A stretch of DNA of 64,000 nt from Octopus sinensis. Taxonomy: Eukaryota. Position 1 is the stretch's first letter, and each line of letters begins with the position of its first letter. Below, in pieces: positions 1 through 11,689 of this stretch. The notes beneath the pieces were generated by a model. It saw only the letters and a program-made list of their open reading frames with translations, was not told where the DNA came from and searched no databases. The position numbers and the translations under genes are program-made. The DNA is taken from contig NC_042999.1 of the NCBI RefSeq assembly GCF_006345805.1, positions 135,408,001 through 135,472,000 of the forward strand, given 5' to 3'.

Positions 1-880
1 GCCTAGCACTTGAAAGGTGCTTTTTATGTGCTACCGGCATGGTTGCTAGTTCCACAACACCAGCATTAGCCATATTGCCTCTGTGAGGCCCAACACTGAA
101 AAGGTGTTTTTTATGTGCCACCGGCACAGGTGCCTGTTATCTGACACCAACAAAGGCCACAACTATGATTTCACTTTGCAGGATAGGTCTTCGCAAGCAC
201 ATCATATTACCAAAGGTCTTAGTCATTTGTCATTGCCTCTGTGAGGCCCAGCATTCAAAGATCATGCTTTACCACTTTATCCCATGTCTTCCTAGATCTC
301 TCTCTTCCACTGGATGAGATCAGCACTTCTTCACACAGTTGTCCACCCACATCCATATGCATCCCATGACCATACCGGTGCAGTTATCTCTCTTGTACAC
401 CACATCCTAAGCCTCTTATGCCCAACTTTCTTTCAAGATGCTTACATTCAGTCATGCATGCACAGTGACATAGCACATCCAGCGAAGCATGCTAGCTTCA
501 TTTCTTTCAAGCTTATGCATATCCCCAGTGGTCACAACCCATGTTTTACTGTCATGTAACATGACTGTTTGCACACAGGCATCATACAATTTGCCTTCCA
601 CTCTGAGGGAAAGTTCCTTCATCACCAACAGAAGTAGGAGCTCTCTGAGCATTGCCCAACCTATTCTTATTCTAGCAGCTACACTCTTGGAGCATCCACT
701 CTTGCTACTGACTTGGTCACTTAGGTACCTGTGCAACTTCCACACACAAAAACTAGTTTCCCTGTTAACCTTCCTCTGATATTGTTGCACCTCTTATGTG
801 TCCATAGCTTACATCGGGTACATCTAATGGAATTTGTACCCACACCTTTCTTACAGATCAAGCAGGGCCATCTGCCTGAG
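1..880 (-). mobile_element. Degraded RTE-clade LINE, 3' part of ORF2 plus 3' UTR
   Basis: ORF 452-790(-) (LSDQVSSKSGCSKSVAARIRIGWAMLRELL...GKLYDACVQTVMLHDSKTW) is a diverged paralogue of the C-terminus of ORF 2400-3638. Bases 781-873(-) read RWPCLICKKGVGTNSIRCTRCKLWTHKRC. Frameshifted. Confidence 0.85.
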
Positions 881-892
881 TGGATTTGCAAT

Positions 893-1135
893 CATCATCA
901 TCATCATCATCATTTAACGTCTGCCTTCAGTGCTGGCATGGGTTGGACAGTTTGACAGGAGCCAGCCAAAGAGGAACCTGCACCTGACTTCTGTGTCTGT
1001 TTGGAATGGTTTTTATGGCTGGATGCCCTAGCACCAAATATCCAGCAGAATGAACTGAGTGCTTTTTATATGGCACAGGTGGGTCAGATTTGGCAGGGTT
1101 TTTACAGCTGAATGCCCTTTCAAACGCCAACCACT
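893..1135 (-). mobile_element. RTE-type 3' terminus with (ATG)n tail
   Basis: (CAT)n followed by TTAACGTC...GCTGGCATGGGTTGGAC...CTGGATGCCC. The same terminus recurs near 9740, 16700, 17500, 19090 and 26050. Confidence 0.7.
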
Positions 1136-1267
1136 TTACAATGTATACTGGATGATTTTACAGGGCATCAACACTGGCAGGGTCACCAAGGGGTCACCTA
1201 AGGGAAGAGCAGGAGGAGAGAGAGAGATGATGGCAAAATGCCAGGCATACTCACAAGGGACGGGCAT

Positions 1268-1318
1268 CAAGATTATATGTATGTATGTATATACATATGT
1301 ATATGTGTATGTGTGTGC

Positions 1319-1358
<40 letters not shown>

Positions 1359-1366
1359 TATATATT

Positions 1367-1397
<31 letters not shown>

Positions 1398-1445
1398 ATA
1401 TTTATATAAATATATATATATGTATGTATGTGTGTGTATATATAT
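1268..1445. repeat. Compound (TG)/(TA)n microsatellite
   Basis: Directly visible. Representative of many (TA)n, (CA)n, (TATG)n, (CAT)n and (AAT)n tracts across the window. Confidence 0.95.
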
Positions 1446-1576
1446 AATAATAAGAGTAAATAATTTCTATAAAGGTTTTTAAAAAAACCACAATTATTTA
1501 CTGGTAGAATTCGGTATGTAAATATAGCCGATTACCGGCAGGAACTTCTGTAAAGTTCAGTATATATATTGTATAT

Positions 1577-2146
1577 AAGAAAAGGGACAGGCAACAGGTT
1601 GCTTGACCACATACCGAAAAAATAGAAATAGCAGTCAAGAATGCTTATTTCTATCAAAGTGGGACTCCGGGCACGACAAACCCTGTAATTCACATATGCA
1701 AAACAGAAGGAATAGATATCGAAAACGAAGTCTGGTGGTTATCTGTGAACATCATGTTTCTGGATTATAAACATATTGAATATATATTTCATATATATTT
1801 TTGATATATATTTCATATACATTGCATATATATTTCACATCCTTCTTCAGCACAGCTTTCCATTGAAATAGATTTATCATAGATGTGAAATATATATGCA
1901 ATGTATATGAAATATATATCAAAAATATATATGAAATATATATTCAATATGTTTATAATCCAGAAACATGATGTTCACAGATAACCACCAGACTTCGTTT
2001 TCGATATCTATTCCTTCTGTTTTGCATATGTGAATTACAGGGTTTGTCGTGCCCGAAGTCCCACTTTGATAGAAATAAGCATTCTTGACTGCTATTTCTA
2101 TTTTTTCGGTATGCGGTCAAGCAACCTGTTGCCTGTCCCTTTTCTT
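1577..2146. repeat. Near-perfect inverted repeat, 265-bp arms, 40-bp spacer
   Basis: 1577-1841 is the reverse complement of 1882-2146. I see only two mismatches, both transitions at CpG sites. Confidence 0.95.
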
Positions 2147-3655
2147 GGAGGCCAGTCGGTGCGGCACTGGTTACGGCCACGTTCGGATGGTTTTCTCGTG
2201 TGCCACCGGCACTGGTACCACAAAGATACAAATTCCATTGATGTTCATCTATTTTGATTTTGTTTGATTTTTGATTTTTTTGATTTGATTTGATTCGATT
2301 TTCACTTGCCTCAACAGGTCTTCACAAGTGTCACCAGAAGGAAGGTATGCACAGGTGGACTGACTACGTCCCAGGTAGGGGCCACGGGTTATGGCCTGAC
2401 TAGTCTTGCCGGGTCTTCTCACGCACAGCATACTTCCATAGGTCTCGGTCTCTAGTCATTTCCTTGGTGAGACCTAAAGTTCGAAGGTCGTGCTTCACCA
2501 CTTCGTCCCAGGTTTTCCTGGGTCTACCTCTTCCACAGGTTCCCTCAACTGCTAGGGTGTAGCACTTTTGCACACAACTATCTTCAGCCATTCTCGTCAT
2601 ATGACCATACCAGCGCAGCCGTCTCTCTTGCACACCACAACTGACGCTTCTTAGGTTCAACTTTTCTCTCAAGGTACTTACACTCTGACGATTATGAACA
2701 CTGACATTACACATCCATCGGAGCATACTGGCTTCATTTCTTGCGAGCTTACGCATATCCTCAGCAGTCACAGCCCATGTTTCACTACCATGTAGCATGG
2801 CTGTACGTACACATGCATCATACAGTCTGCCTTTTACTCTGAGCGAGAGGCCTTTTGTCACCAGCAGGGGTAAGAGCTCTCTAAACTTTGCCCAGGCTAT
2901 TCTTACTCTAGCAGTTACACTTTCAGCACACCCACCCCCGCTACTGACTTGGTCTCCTAGGTAGCGGAAGCTATCAACTACTTCTAGTTTGTCTCCCTGG
3001 AACGTGGTAGAAGTTGGTCTCTGCACGTTTCCAGAGTTTATTTCTCCTGAGCATCTGCCACATACGAAAAAAATCTTCCCAGTTAGCCTACCTTTGACAT
3101 TGCTGCACCTCTTATGTGTCCATAGCTTACACTTGGTAAACCTTATAGAGTTTCTACCTACACCTTTTTTACAGATCGAGCAGGGCCATCTACCTGAAGT
3201 CGTTTGTGGTTGGTCCACCTTCCTACTTATTAGGACTTTGGTTTTGGCTAGGTTGATTCTAAGGCCCTTCGATTCTAATCCTTGTTTCCACACCTGAAAC
3301 TTCTCCTCCAGTTCTGATAGTAACTCAGCAATTAGAGCAAGGTCATCAGCATAGAGGAGCTCCCAGGGGCATCCTGTCTTGAATTCTTCCGTTATTGCCT
3401 GGAGGACTATGATAAATAGGAGGGGGCTGAGGACTGAACCTTGGTGGACCCCAACCTCTACCCGGAATTCTTCACTGTACTCGTTGCCTACCCTCACCTT
3501 ACTAGCAGCGTCTCTGTACATGGCTCGCACAGCTCTCACTAACCATTCATCTATCCCTAGTTTCCTCATTGACCACCAGATAAGGGATCGGGGGACCCTG
3601 TCAAAGGCTTTCTCCAAGTCAACAAAAGCCAGGTACAAGGGCTTACCTTTGGCTA
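2147..3655 (-). mobile_element. 5'-truncated young RTE-clade LINE
   Basis: RT ORF followed by a 3' UTR that is cut off at 2147 by the inverted repeat. The 5' end abuts a (TA)-rich tract. Confidence 0.92.
2400..3638 (-). CDS. RTE LINE ORF2 fragment: reverse transcriptase, PHD-like Cys/His insert and C-terminal region (412 aa open)
   Basis: RT motifs AFVDLEKAFDRVPR, GVHQGSVLSPLLF, LLYADDL and FRYLG; RTE-typical C-terminus RRLRWYGH...GRGRPRKTW...RDLWK. Confidence 0.93.
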   Translation of the reverse strand: MYLAFVDLEKAFDRVPRSLIWWSMRKLGIDEWLVRAVRAMYRDAASKVRVGNEYSEEFRVEVGVHQGSVLSPLLFIIVLQAITEEFKTGCPWELLYADDLALIAELLSELEEKFQVWKQGLESKGLRINLAKTKVLISRKVDQPQTTSGRWPCSICKKGVGRNSIRFTKCKLWTHKRCSNVKGRLTGKIFFVCGRCSGEINSGNVQRPTSTTFQGDKLEVVDSFRYLGDQVSSGGGCAESVTARVRIAWAKFRELLPLLVTKGLSLRVKGRLYDACVRTAMLHGSETWAVTAEDMRKLARNEASMLRWMCNVSVHNRQSVSTLREKLNLRSVSCGVQERRLRWYGHMTRMAEDSCVQKCYTLAVEGTCGRGRPRKTWDEVVKHDLRTLGLTKEMTRDRDLWKYAVREKTRQD

Positions 3656-4544
3656 TTTATATTTATATAAATATATATGTATGTATATATATAATATATT
3701 GTTCATTTTACTTAATGTCTATTTTTCTGAAGAGGGAGCTTTTTGAGGCAGGACCTTACAGTTGGATGCTCTCCTGTCCCCAACATATGACTGTTTAACA
3801 AGTAAGAGATTTCTTTATTCCGCAGGTTTTTTTTAAAAGCCCAGTGCAACTAGTTATAGTGTCAACAAGGAATATCAACATCATCACCACCCACACAAGC
3901 AATGACAAGCATGGAATATAAACATATACACACTTATACATACATATGCTCCACACACACACACAACAACAACAACAACAGCGAGTTAAGAGAAATAATT
4001 TAAAGTGACAGTGACATGAATCTGGACAATGAAGATGAATAAAAACTATACAAGATAAATTCTTGATTAATTGAAATTATCTTTGCTTAGAGAGAAAGGT
4101 AAACAAATGCCTGGTGGCAATTATGACACACTTTGAATGAGAGGGGAGATAATCTCAAGTGTCAAGAATCCTACAGTAACCCCAGACCAAAAAAGCCTTG
4201 TGAATGAATTTGGTAGACAGAAACTGAAAGAAACCTGTCATATTTATATGTATATGTATATAATGTGTGTGTATGTGTGAGTGTGTGTGTGTGTGTGTGC
4301 ATGTGTGTATGCTACTGTCTCCTTGCCTTGACATAGCATAATAGTTGTAAATGAATCTCACTGATGTTTTTCATTTCCAGTTATCTGTGGAGATATGGCT
4401 AGTCAAGGAGAAACATTTCCTTACTTGGAAGCAAATGAGGGTTGGCAATAGAAAGGGCATCTGGCTGCAAAATATCTCCTTCAAGAAATTCCATCGAATC
4501 CATGCGAGCAAGGAAAAATGGACATTAAAATAATGATGATGATG

Positions 4545-4720
4545 AGACAGTTGACATTTCTCGTATGGAAGGAGGCATTGTGGCAAGCCCCACACCAGAT
4601 GGCTGGATGTGATTGGAGGATGCAGAGGGACTGGCACAGGACCGCCAGTGATGGAGAGCACTGGTGGGTCTGGTTGGCTCTACACATGAAGACATCTTTG
4701 GGACTACTAACCTGGGATGA
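4545..4720 (+). mobile_element. Old RTE-like C-terminal remnant
   Basis: Translates to ...AEGLAQDRQ*WRALVGLVGST, resembling the RTE terminal LAQDR..WRALV motif. Confidence 0.5.
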
Positions 4721-4924
4721 CCCCAGCCTCATCAAACAGGAGAATGAAGCAAAGCAACATGAATTGTCTGAGTTTTCACAGTAAAGCCTAACCAAAGTTA
4801 AAAGGACATCTACTTGAAGAGGAGTTTTAGATGTTACTGCTCAAAATATTGCACAAATGAATCTAATAACCCAGTATTCAGTGACATGCTAATTTCTAAT
4901 TCCAATAATAACAACAACAACAAT

Positions 4925-5620
4925 AACGATTTCAAATTTTGGTACAAGGTCATCAATTTTAGGGGAGGGACTAAATTGATTACATCAACCCCAGTGCTTG
5001 ACTGGTTTCAAATTTTGGCAAGAGGCCAGTAATTTTGGTAGAGGGTGTAAATCAATTACATCAACCCTACTTATTTTATCAACTCTGAAAGGATGAAAAA
5101 TAAAGTCAACTTCAGCAGAATTTGAACTCAGAATGTAAAGATGGATGAAATGCTGCTAAGCATTTTGCCTGGCGTGCAAACGATTTTACCAGCTCACCAA
5201 TCCTTTCTACTATAAGCACAAGTGCTGAAATTTGGAATGGAGCAGATTAGAAGTGCTCAACTGGTACTTATGCTATTGCTCTCAAAAGAATGAAAGGCAA
5301 CTTCAACCTCGGTAGCATTTGAACCCAGAATGTAGAGATAAACAAAATACTGCTTAGCATTTCACCTGGCGTACTATTGGTTCTGCCAGCTCACCACCTT
5401 GATAATAATAATCCTTTCTACTAAAGGCACAAGACCTGAAATTTGAGGGAAAGGGGACCAGTCAATTACATCGACCACAGTGTTTCACTTGTACTTATTT
5501 TATAGACCCCAAAAGAATGAAAGGCAAAGTCGACCTTGGCGGCATTTGTACTCAGAATGTAGAGATAAACGAAATACAGCTAAGCATTTTGCCCAGTGTG
5601 CTAACAATCTGTCAGCTTGC
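4925..5620 (-). mobile_element. Cluster of tRNA-related SINE copies
   Basis: Repeated GAAAGGATGAAAGGCAAAGTCGACC...GAATTTGAACTCAGAA, the reverse of a B-box-like GAGTTCAAATTC plus the conserved SINE body. Confidence 0.75.
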
Positions 5621-5647
5621 AACCTTAAAAATAATAATAATAAATCT

Positions 5648-6215
5648 ACCCTGATGCAGTACCAGACAGTGGCTCTCGTGGCTTCTGATCTTAACTGATT
5701 GGAAGTGTTATCATGTACATTGTTTTGTCTTGGTATAAAAGATGGGCTACAGCAAATATTCTGCTCAATACCATAGATTTGCTTGTCAGTTGTTTGACCT
5801 TAACCAGTTGAGCATGTCCCTTAGTGGCTGATGATATGTGCATCTCTGATCACGAGCAGAAGTAGTGGGGGAGCATTATAGCCATGTGTTGAGAGGGATT
5901 CTTTGGGGTTTGAATAATCCCCCTCTGGAAACATGGGTGTTTCATTCAACATCCTTAAGCAACCCTTGTTCAGGGACCTTTTGAGTGGGATGGGTTACTC
6001 GACCAGAAGAAAATTCTAATTGGGCCCCACCTGCAAGGTCATGTGCTGTTTATCTTGATATGAGATCACCATGTTACGCACATATGGTTGTGATGCATGT
6101 GCCTAGTCTACCCTTATCAGACGGGTAGTCAGGATGGGTATACTGGGCTTCGTATATTTTACCCCAGTGTCACTTTTATGGCATGCACTGCTCTCTCACT
6201 CAATAATAATGATGA
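5648..6215 (+). mobile_element. ~570-bp non-coding interspersed repeat
   Basis: A second copy lies in reverse orientation at about 32225-32725. Ends in an (AAT/GAT)n tail. Confidence 0.75.
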
Positions 6216-6865
6216 TGATGATGACGATAATAATAATGATGATAATAATAATAATAATGATAATAATAATAATTTGAAAACAAGTTGACCAATGTGTGTG
6301 TTAATCTTTTTTAACTTATCAGTGAATTCTTAGTGAAACTTAACTTCACTCACTGGAGGCTTTCTCATCTGTTTATTAGAAGCTGTATATTCTAAAGGTC
6401 ACAGACACAATATTTAGGCAAACATCATTTCTCTCTCATTTAAATTGATATTTACCTAACTTATTGTCTCAATAGAATGTAATATATGTAGTGAAGTCAA
6501 AATATTTGAATTGAATGTAGACGTCAGAGCTAGTAAACAAGCCTCCTTCTTAACATTCAAATGGAACATTCAGTACACTAAGCTTTTGAAGACAATTTAC
6601 GCAGTAAACATTGCTTTCTTTTCATTGACTAGACATGAAATCTGAGGAGTGATAAGAATTGGTGGTAATTGTGCTTTTCTCTGGATCAATTGGTTTAATA
6701 AAGAATTTAAAGTAATTGGTGATGCAGTGCTACATATTTCTAGTGTAAATATGAATCTCTACTTGTTACCATCATTTCATTTCAGATCATCATGAAAGTC
6801 AAGCCCACAAGAGAGCTTGTATGATACTAGAAATAGCAGTTAAACTTTTTCTCAAATCACATCTT

Positions 6866-7170
6866 ACAGGTGCAGGCAAGGCTGTGTATTAAGAAGCTTG
6901 TTTCCCAACTACATGGTTTCAGGTTCAGTCCCACTATATGACACCTTGGGTAAGTGTCTTCTACCAAAGCCTTGGGTCAACCAAAGGCTTTCTGAGTGGA
7001 TTTGGTAGATAGAAACTGAAAGAAGCCAGTGGCAGAAACGTTAGCACGCCGGGCGAAATGCTTAGCGGAATTTCGTCTGCTGCTACGTTCTGAGTTCAAA
7101 TTCCACCAAGGTCGACTTTGCCTTTCATCCTTTCGAGGTTCATCAAATAAATACCAGTTAAATAGTTACC
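6866..7170 (+). mobile_element. Two adjacent tRNA-derived SINEs
   Basis: AGAAGCTTG..TCCCAACTACATGGTTTCAGGTTCAGTCCCAC...GAAACTGAAAGAAGCC, followed by GGCAGAAACGTTAGCACGCCGGGCGAAATGC...GAGTTCAAATTCC. Both families recur many times in the window. Confidence 0.8.
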
Positions 7171-7321
7171 AGGGTAGCAAAAAAAAAAATCACACAGGTA
7201 AAGAGATTGTAACTCATTTTTAAAGGTAGAAACTTCGGGTTTGCGTGGAATTTTTTGTATAATATATAAATAAATAAATAAATAAATGGAGTTTAACGCA
7301 GGTATAATTTCAAATACTTTT

Positions 7322-7406
7322 ACTTCCAACACATGTTTCGAAGATTTCACTGATATTATTCCAAAGGAATAAATGGTGTAAAACAATGTAATCTCTTCAG
7401 GGACGT
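7322..7406 (-). ncRNA. Decayed hammerhead ribozyme, mirror copy of 8076-8163
   Basis: Minus strand: acgtcc CTGAAGA gatt...aatcttc GAAA catgtg TT ggaagt. Has a 3-nt deletion in helix II, a GUU triplet and a helix I mismatch. Confidence 0.6.
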
Positions 7407-7626
7407 GAAGAAATGAAACTCATCAATAAGACATTTTAACAGAAAATGATGGATATGTATAGTGATTAACTATTAATATTGTTTGAAAAAACGTTATATG
7501 ATATAACGTCAGAAGTAGCCCATAGAAAGAGAAGGGATATTTTTTTTAGTGATTGTTAAATATAAAAAGAAAATTAATGCTTAAATTATATATAATGATA
7601 GAGATTACTTATATGAACTAAAGGTG

Positions 7627-7663
<37 letters not shown>

Positions 7664-8075
7664 TAACGTCCGTCGGTATGCACACTCTATAACCGTGTTT
7701 ACTAGGGGATTTTTCGAAAAAAAAATAATGAAAAATAGTTCAGAATTACAGAGAAGACAGAATTCCTTGCCTTTGTCATAAGGTATCGAGATTGAGAGAA
7801 TCAACATGGTTATAGAGCATGCATACTGATGTAAACATTGGTAAAAACACACCTTTAGTTCATATAAGTAAACTCTATAATTATATATAATTTAAATATT
7901 AATTTTCTTTTTATATTTAACATTCACTAAAAAAATATCCCTCCTCTTTCTATAGGCTACTTCTGACGTTATATCATATAACATTTTTTCAAACAATATT
8001 AATAGCGTTCAGTAAATCACTATACATATCCATCATTTTCTGTTAAAATGTCTTATTGATGAGTTTCATATCTTC

Positions 8076-8163
8076 ACTTCCCTGAAGAGAAGATTACATT
8101 GCTTTACACCATTTATTCCTTTGGAATAATATCAGTGAAATCTTCGAAACATGTGTCGGAAGT
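8076..8163 (+). ncRNA. Type I hammerhead ribozyme, canonical core, GUC cleavage site after 8157
   Basis: acttcc (helix I) CTGAAGA, gaagatt..aatcttc (7-bp helix II with structured insert), GAAA, catgtg (helix III), TC, ggaagt (helix I'). Confidence 0.85.
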
Positions 8164-8269
8164 AAAAGTATTTGAATTATACCTGCGTTAAACTCCATTT
8201 ATTTATTTATTTATATAAATGTGAGTGGATTTGGTAGGCGGAAACTGAAAGAAGCCTGTCGTATATATG

Positions 8270-8306
<37 letters not shown>

Positions 8307-8309
8307 ATG

Positions 8310-8510
8310 TGTTTGTCCCCCCTAGCATTGCTTGATAACCGATGCTGGTGTGTTTACGTCCCCGTCACTTAGCGGTTTGGCAAAAGAGACCGATAGAATA
8401 AGTACTGGGCTTACAAAGAATAAGTCCCGGGGTCGATTTGCTCGACTAAAGACGGTGCTCCAGCATGGCTGCAGTCAAATGACTGAAACAAGTAAAAGAG
8501 TAAAGAGAGA
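8310..8510 (-). mobile_element. SINE-type repeat of the TACTCTTTTACTTGTTTCAGTC family
   Basis: Copies at 8620-8830, 9531-9730, 18672-18900, 34925-35150 and 51070-51290. Confidence 0.75.
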
Positions 8511-9741
8511 GTATATATATATATATATATTATATATATATATATAATATATATATATTTATATATATATATTATATATATATATATATATATAAGTATA
8601 TGTATATCTGTGTGTGTCCTTCTGTCTGTTTTTGTCCATCTCCTACTGCTTCATAACCAGTGTTGGTGTGTTTATGTCCCTATAAATTGGTGGTTTAGCA
8701 AAAGAAACTGATAGAATAAGTACCAGGCTTTAAAAAAAATAAGTACTTGAATTGATTCATTTGGCTAAAAAGAGTTTAAGCTGATACCCCAGCATGGTCG
8801 CTGTCTAGTGCTGAAACAAGTAAGAGAAAGAATAAAAGAATAAAATATGTGTTACTTTGTCAGAGTAATCTGAAACCTTAAGGATTAATCATGTTTGCTC
8901 AACCATTTGAATATAGGATTAATCTTTTGGCATTCAGATTATTCTGTCAAATGAAATCCTTATTTATTCACACTGTTTTGAATTAATCATGTTATTTCAT
9001 AACTTTGAGATTTTGGTGATGTAATTGCTTATTTTTAGAATGACACTGTAGTATAGGTGTGAAAGGTTATATCTGGCTGACTTGAACAATAAATAGGCAG
9101 AATATCTGAAGCTATGAGATAATGCATGATTAATTAAAAACAATGTGAATAAATATTACATTTAACAATATTCTGAATGCTAAAGGATTAAGGCTAAAAT
9201 AAATAACTGCAAGAAATGATGTTGAAATTAAATATTATTTTTGAAAACTTTCATAGAGTTTGTAATTGAGGACATTTTTTAATAATATACTCAGATGGCC
9301 AGTTTAAATGCTAGAGGGTTAAAAAGTATCCTGCTGGTAGCCTTTTATTAATCATGCATCAACATCACCAATCTCAGAGGACATCTGAGTATATTATTAA
9401 AAAAAAGTCCTCAATTACAAACTCTATGGAAGCCTTTGAAAATTATATTCAATTTCAACATCTTTCCTTACAATTATTTGTTGTTAGTCTTAATTCTTTA
9501 GCATTCAGATTATTCTGTCAAATGTAATACTTACTCTTTTACTTGTTTCAGTCATTTGACTGCGGCCATGCTGGAGCACCGCCTTTAGTCGAGCAAATCG
9601 ACCCCAGGACATATTCTTTGTAAGCCTAGTACTTATTCTGTCAGTCTCTTTTGCTGAACTGGGGATGTAAACATGCCAGCATCAGTTGTCAAGCGATGTT
9701 GGGGGGACCAACACAGACATACAAACACACACATACATATA

Positions 9742-10122
9742 TCATCATCATCATCATCGTTTAACGTCCGTTCTCCATGCTAGCATGGGTTGGACGGTTC
9801 GACCGGGGATCTGGGAAGCCAGAAGGCTGCACCAGGCTCCGGTCTTATCTGGCAATGTCTCTACAGCTGGATGCCCTTCCTAACGCCAACCACTCTGTGA
9901 GTGTAGTGGGTGCTTTTTACGTGCCACCTGCACTGGTGCCAGGCGAGGCTGGCATCGGCCACGGTCGGATTGGTGCATTTTACGTGCCACCTGCACGGAA
10001 GCCAGTCGAGGCGGCACTGGCTTCGGCCACGATTCGGATGGTGCTTTTTACGTGCCACTGACATGGAAGCCAGTCGAGGCGGCGCTGGCATCGGCCACGA
10101 TTCGGATAGTGCTTTTTACGTA

Positions 10123-10125
<3 letters not shown>
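9742..10125 (-). mobile_element. RTE 3' UTR fragment with an internal 62-69-bp GC-rich tandem repeat
   Basis: (CAT)n tail and conserved terminus; GTGCTTTTTACGTGCCAC... recurs at about 9910, 9973, 10041 and 10110. Confidence 0.75.
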
Positions 10126-10175
<50 letters not shown>

Positions 10176-10954
10176 AATATATATATATACACGACGGGCT
10201 TCTTTCAGTTTCCGTTTACCAAATCCACTCACAAGGCTTTGGTCAGCCCAAGGCTATAGTAGAAGACACTTGCCCAAGGTGCCCCGTAGTGGGACTGAAC
10301 CTGGAACCATGTGGTTGGTAAGCAATCTACTTACCACACAGCCACTCCTGCGCCTACTTATTTATTCACATTGTTTTCAGCTAATCATTTATTATCTCAT
10401 AGCTTCAAGGTTTTCCTGATGTGATTGTTTACTTTCTGAATGACATTGTAAAGTAGGTGTGAGAGACCAGATCTGGCTGATTTGGACAGAGAACAGGTAG
10501 AATATGTGGGCTGGACATGGCCAATTTAAATGCTACAGGGTTGTAATTCTTATACTGCCTTGGTTCTCTTAAGTCTTTGTCCAAAGCATTTTCATAAGTT
10601 TATCCGAAATATTCTGCTTTATTTTCATAGCGTGTCAAATATTTTAATATGAATGCATGGACTCCAGGGAAATAAATATCTCCTGATACTCAGGAGAGGC
10701 AAAGGGTTAAGGAACAAGAACAATTGAAAAACATTTCTGACTTTTTGTTTTCTGCGTCAGTCAGTTGGTCACTTGAGCCCCTATTAGCTACGAATCCTCT
10801 TGTTACCATATTTCTGTTAAAATACACTGTTTTTGTTTCAAATAATTTTTAAAAAATAAAAAGTTAAGAATTTAGTATGATAACCTTGTTGTTATTAATC
10901 TATTTTGGAATATAAATCATTGCAAAAATTTTCACAAATGGTTTTAATTTAGAC

Positions 10955-11250
10955 TGGTGGCTTAGTAGTTAGAGCATCAAGCTCATAATCATGAGGTAAT
11001 GAGTTCGATTCCTAGATCAGGCTGTGTGTTGTGTTCTTGAGAAAGACACTTCATTTCATGTTGTTCCAGTTCACTCAGCTGTAGAAATGAGTTGTGATGT
11101 CACTGGTACCAAGCTGTTTCCGTCTTTGCCTTTCTCTTGGATAACATCAGTGGTGTGGAGAGGGGAGGATGATATACATGGGCAATTGCTGGAACTTTCT
11201 AGGTGCAATACAATGGCTGTTCATGACTGAAGGGGGTCTTTACTAAAGTA
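10955..11250 (+). mobile_element. tRNA-derived SINE
   Basis: A-box-like TGGCTTAGTAGTT and B-box GAGTTCGATTCC, followed by GTGTTGTGTTCTTGAGAAAGACACTT body. No intact acceptor stem. Confidence 0.75.
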
Positions 11251-11689
11251 GGAAAGTTGCATTATTCAACCAAGGGCATTCTCAAGCAGGTTAATGTCAA
11301 AGGAGTTAAACAATATAAGCAATACTTAGAGGTTGTTTGCTTTCCGTTCCAGTGCTGGATTTACTATGGTGTAAATTTGTTTATTTATTAGTTTGTTTTT
11401 TTAATGTTTAAAAATCAGGAAAAAATGTTGAAAATTTGCATTTTTCCTGTTGCCCTAGTTGTGAGTAAATTATTTGCTTATACTTCTTATAGCTCTGTAG
11501 TGCTGAGTAAATATAATTTTAAAACATGCTATATTTAAAACATTTTGTTAGTATGAAAGAAAACACTTTTTTTTAGTCTGTTGTATTATATTCAATATGT
11601 CTTTATGCCTTGTCAATTAGTCTATGGAAGTGTGGAGAGATTACCATTGTTGGGTTGTGTTTAAGGCATCAGTTAGCTTTAATCTAGCC

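Larger units (their letters stand above)
7263..8217. repeat. Fold-back element with ~365-bp inverted arms, each carrying an HHR motif
   Basis: 7263-7627 is the reverse complement of 7849-8217 at roughly 90% identity by eye. An inner inverted pair lies at 7676-7699 and 7803-7826. Confidence 0.9.

Noticed and set aside
10955-11030. tRNA gene (also 17790-17862)
   Set aside because: A and B boxes are present but the cloverleaf is incomplete and runs into a SINE body.
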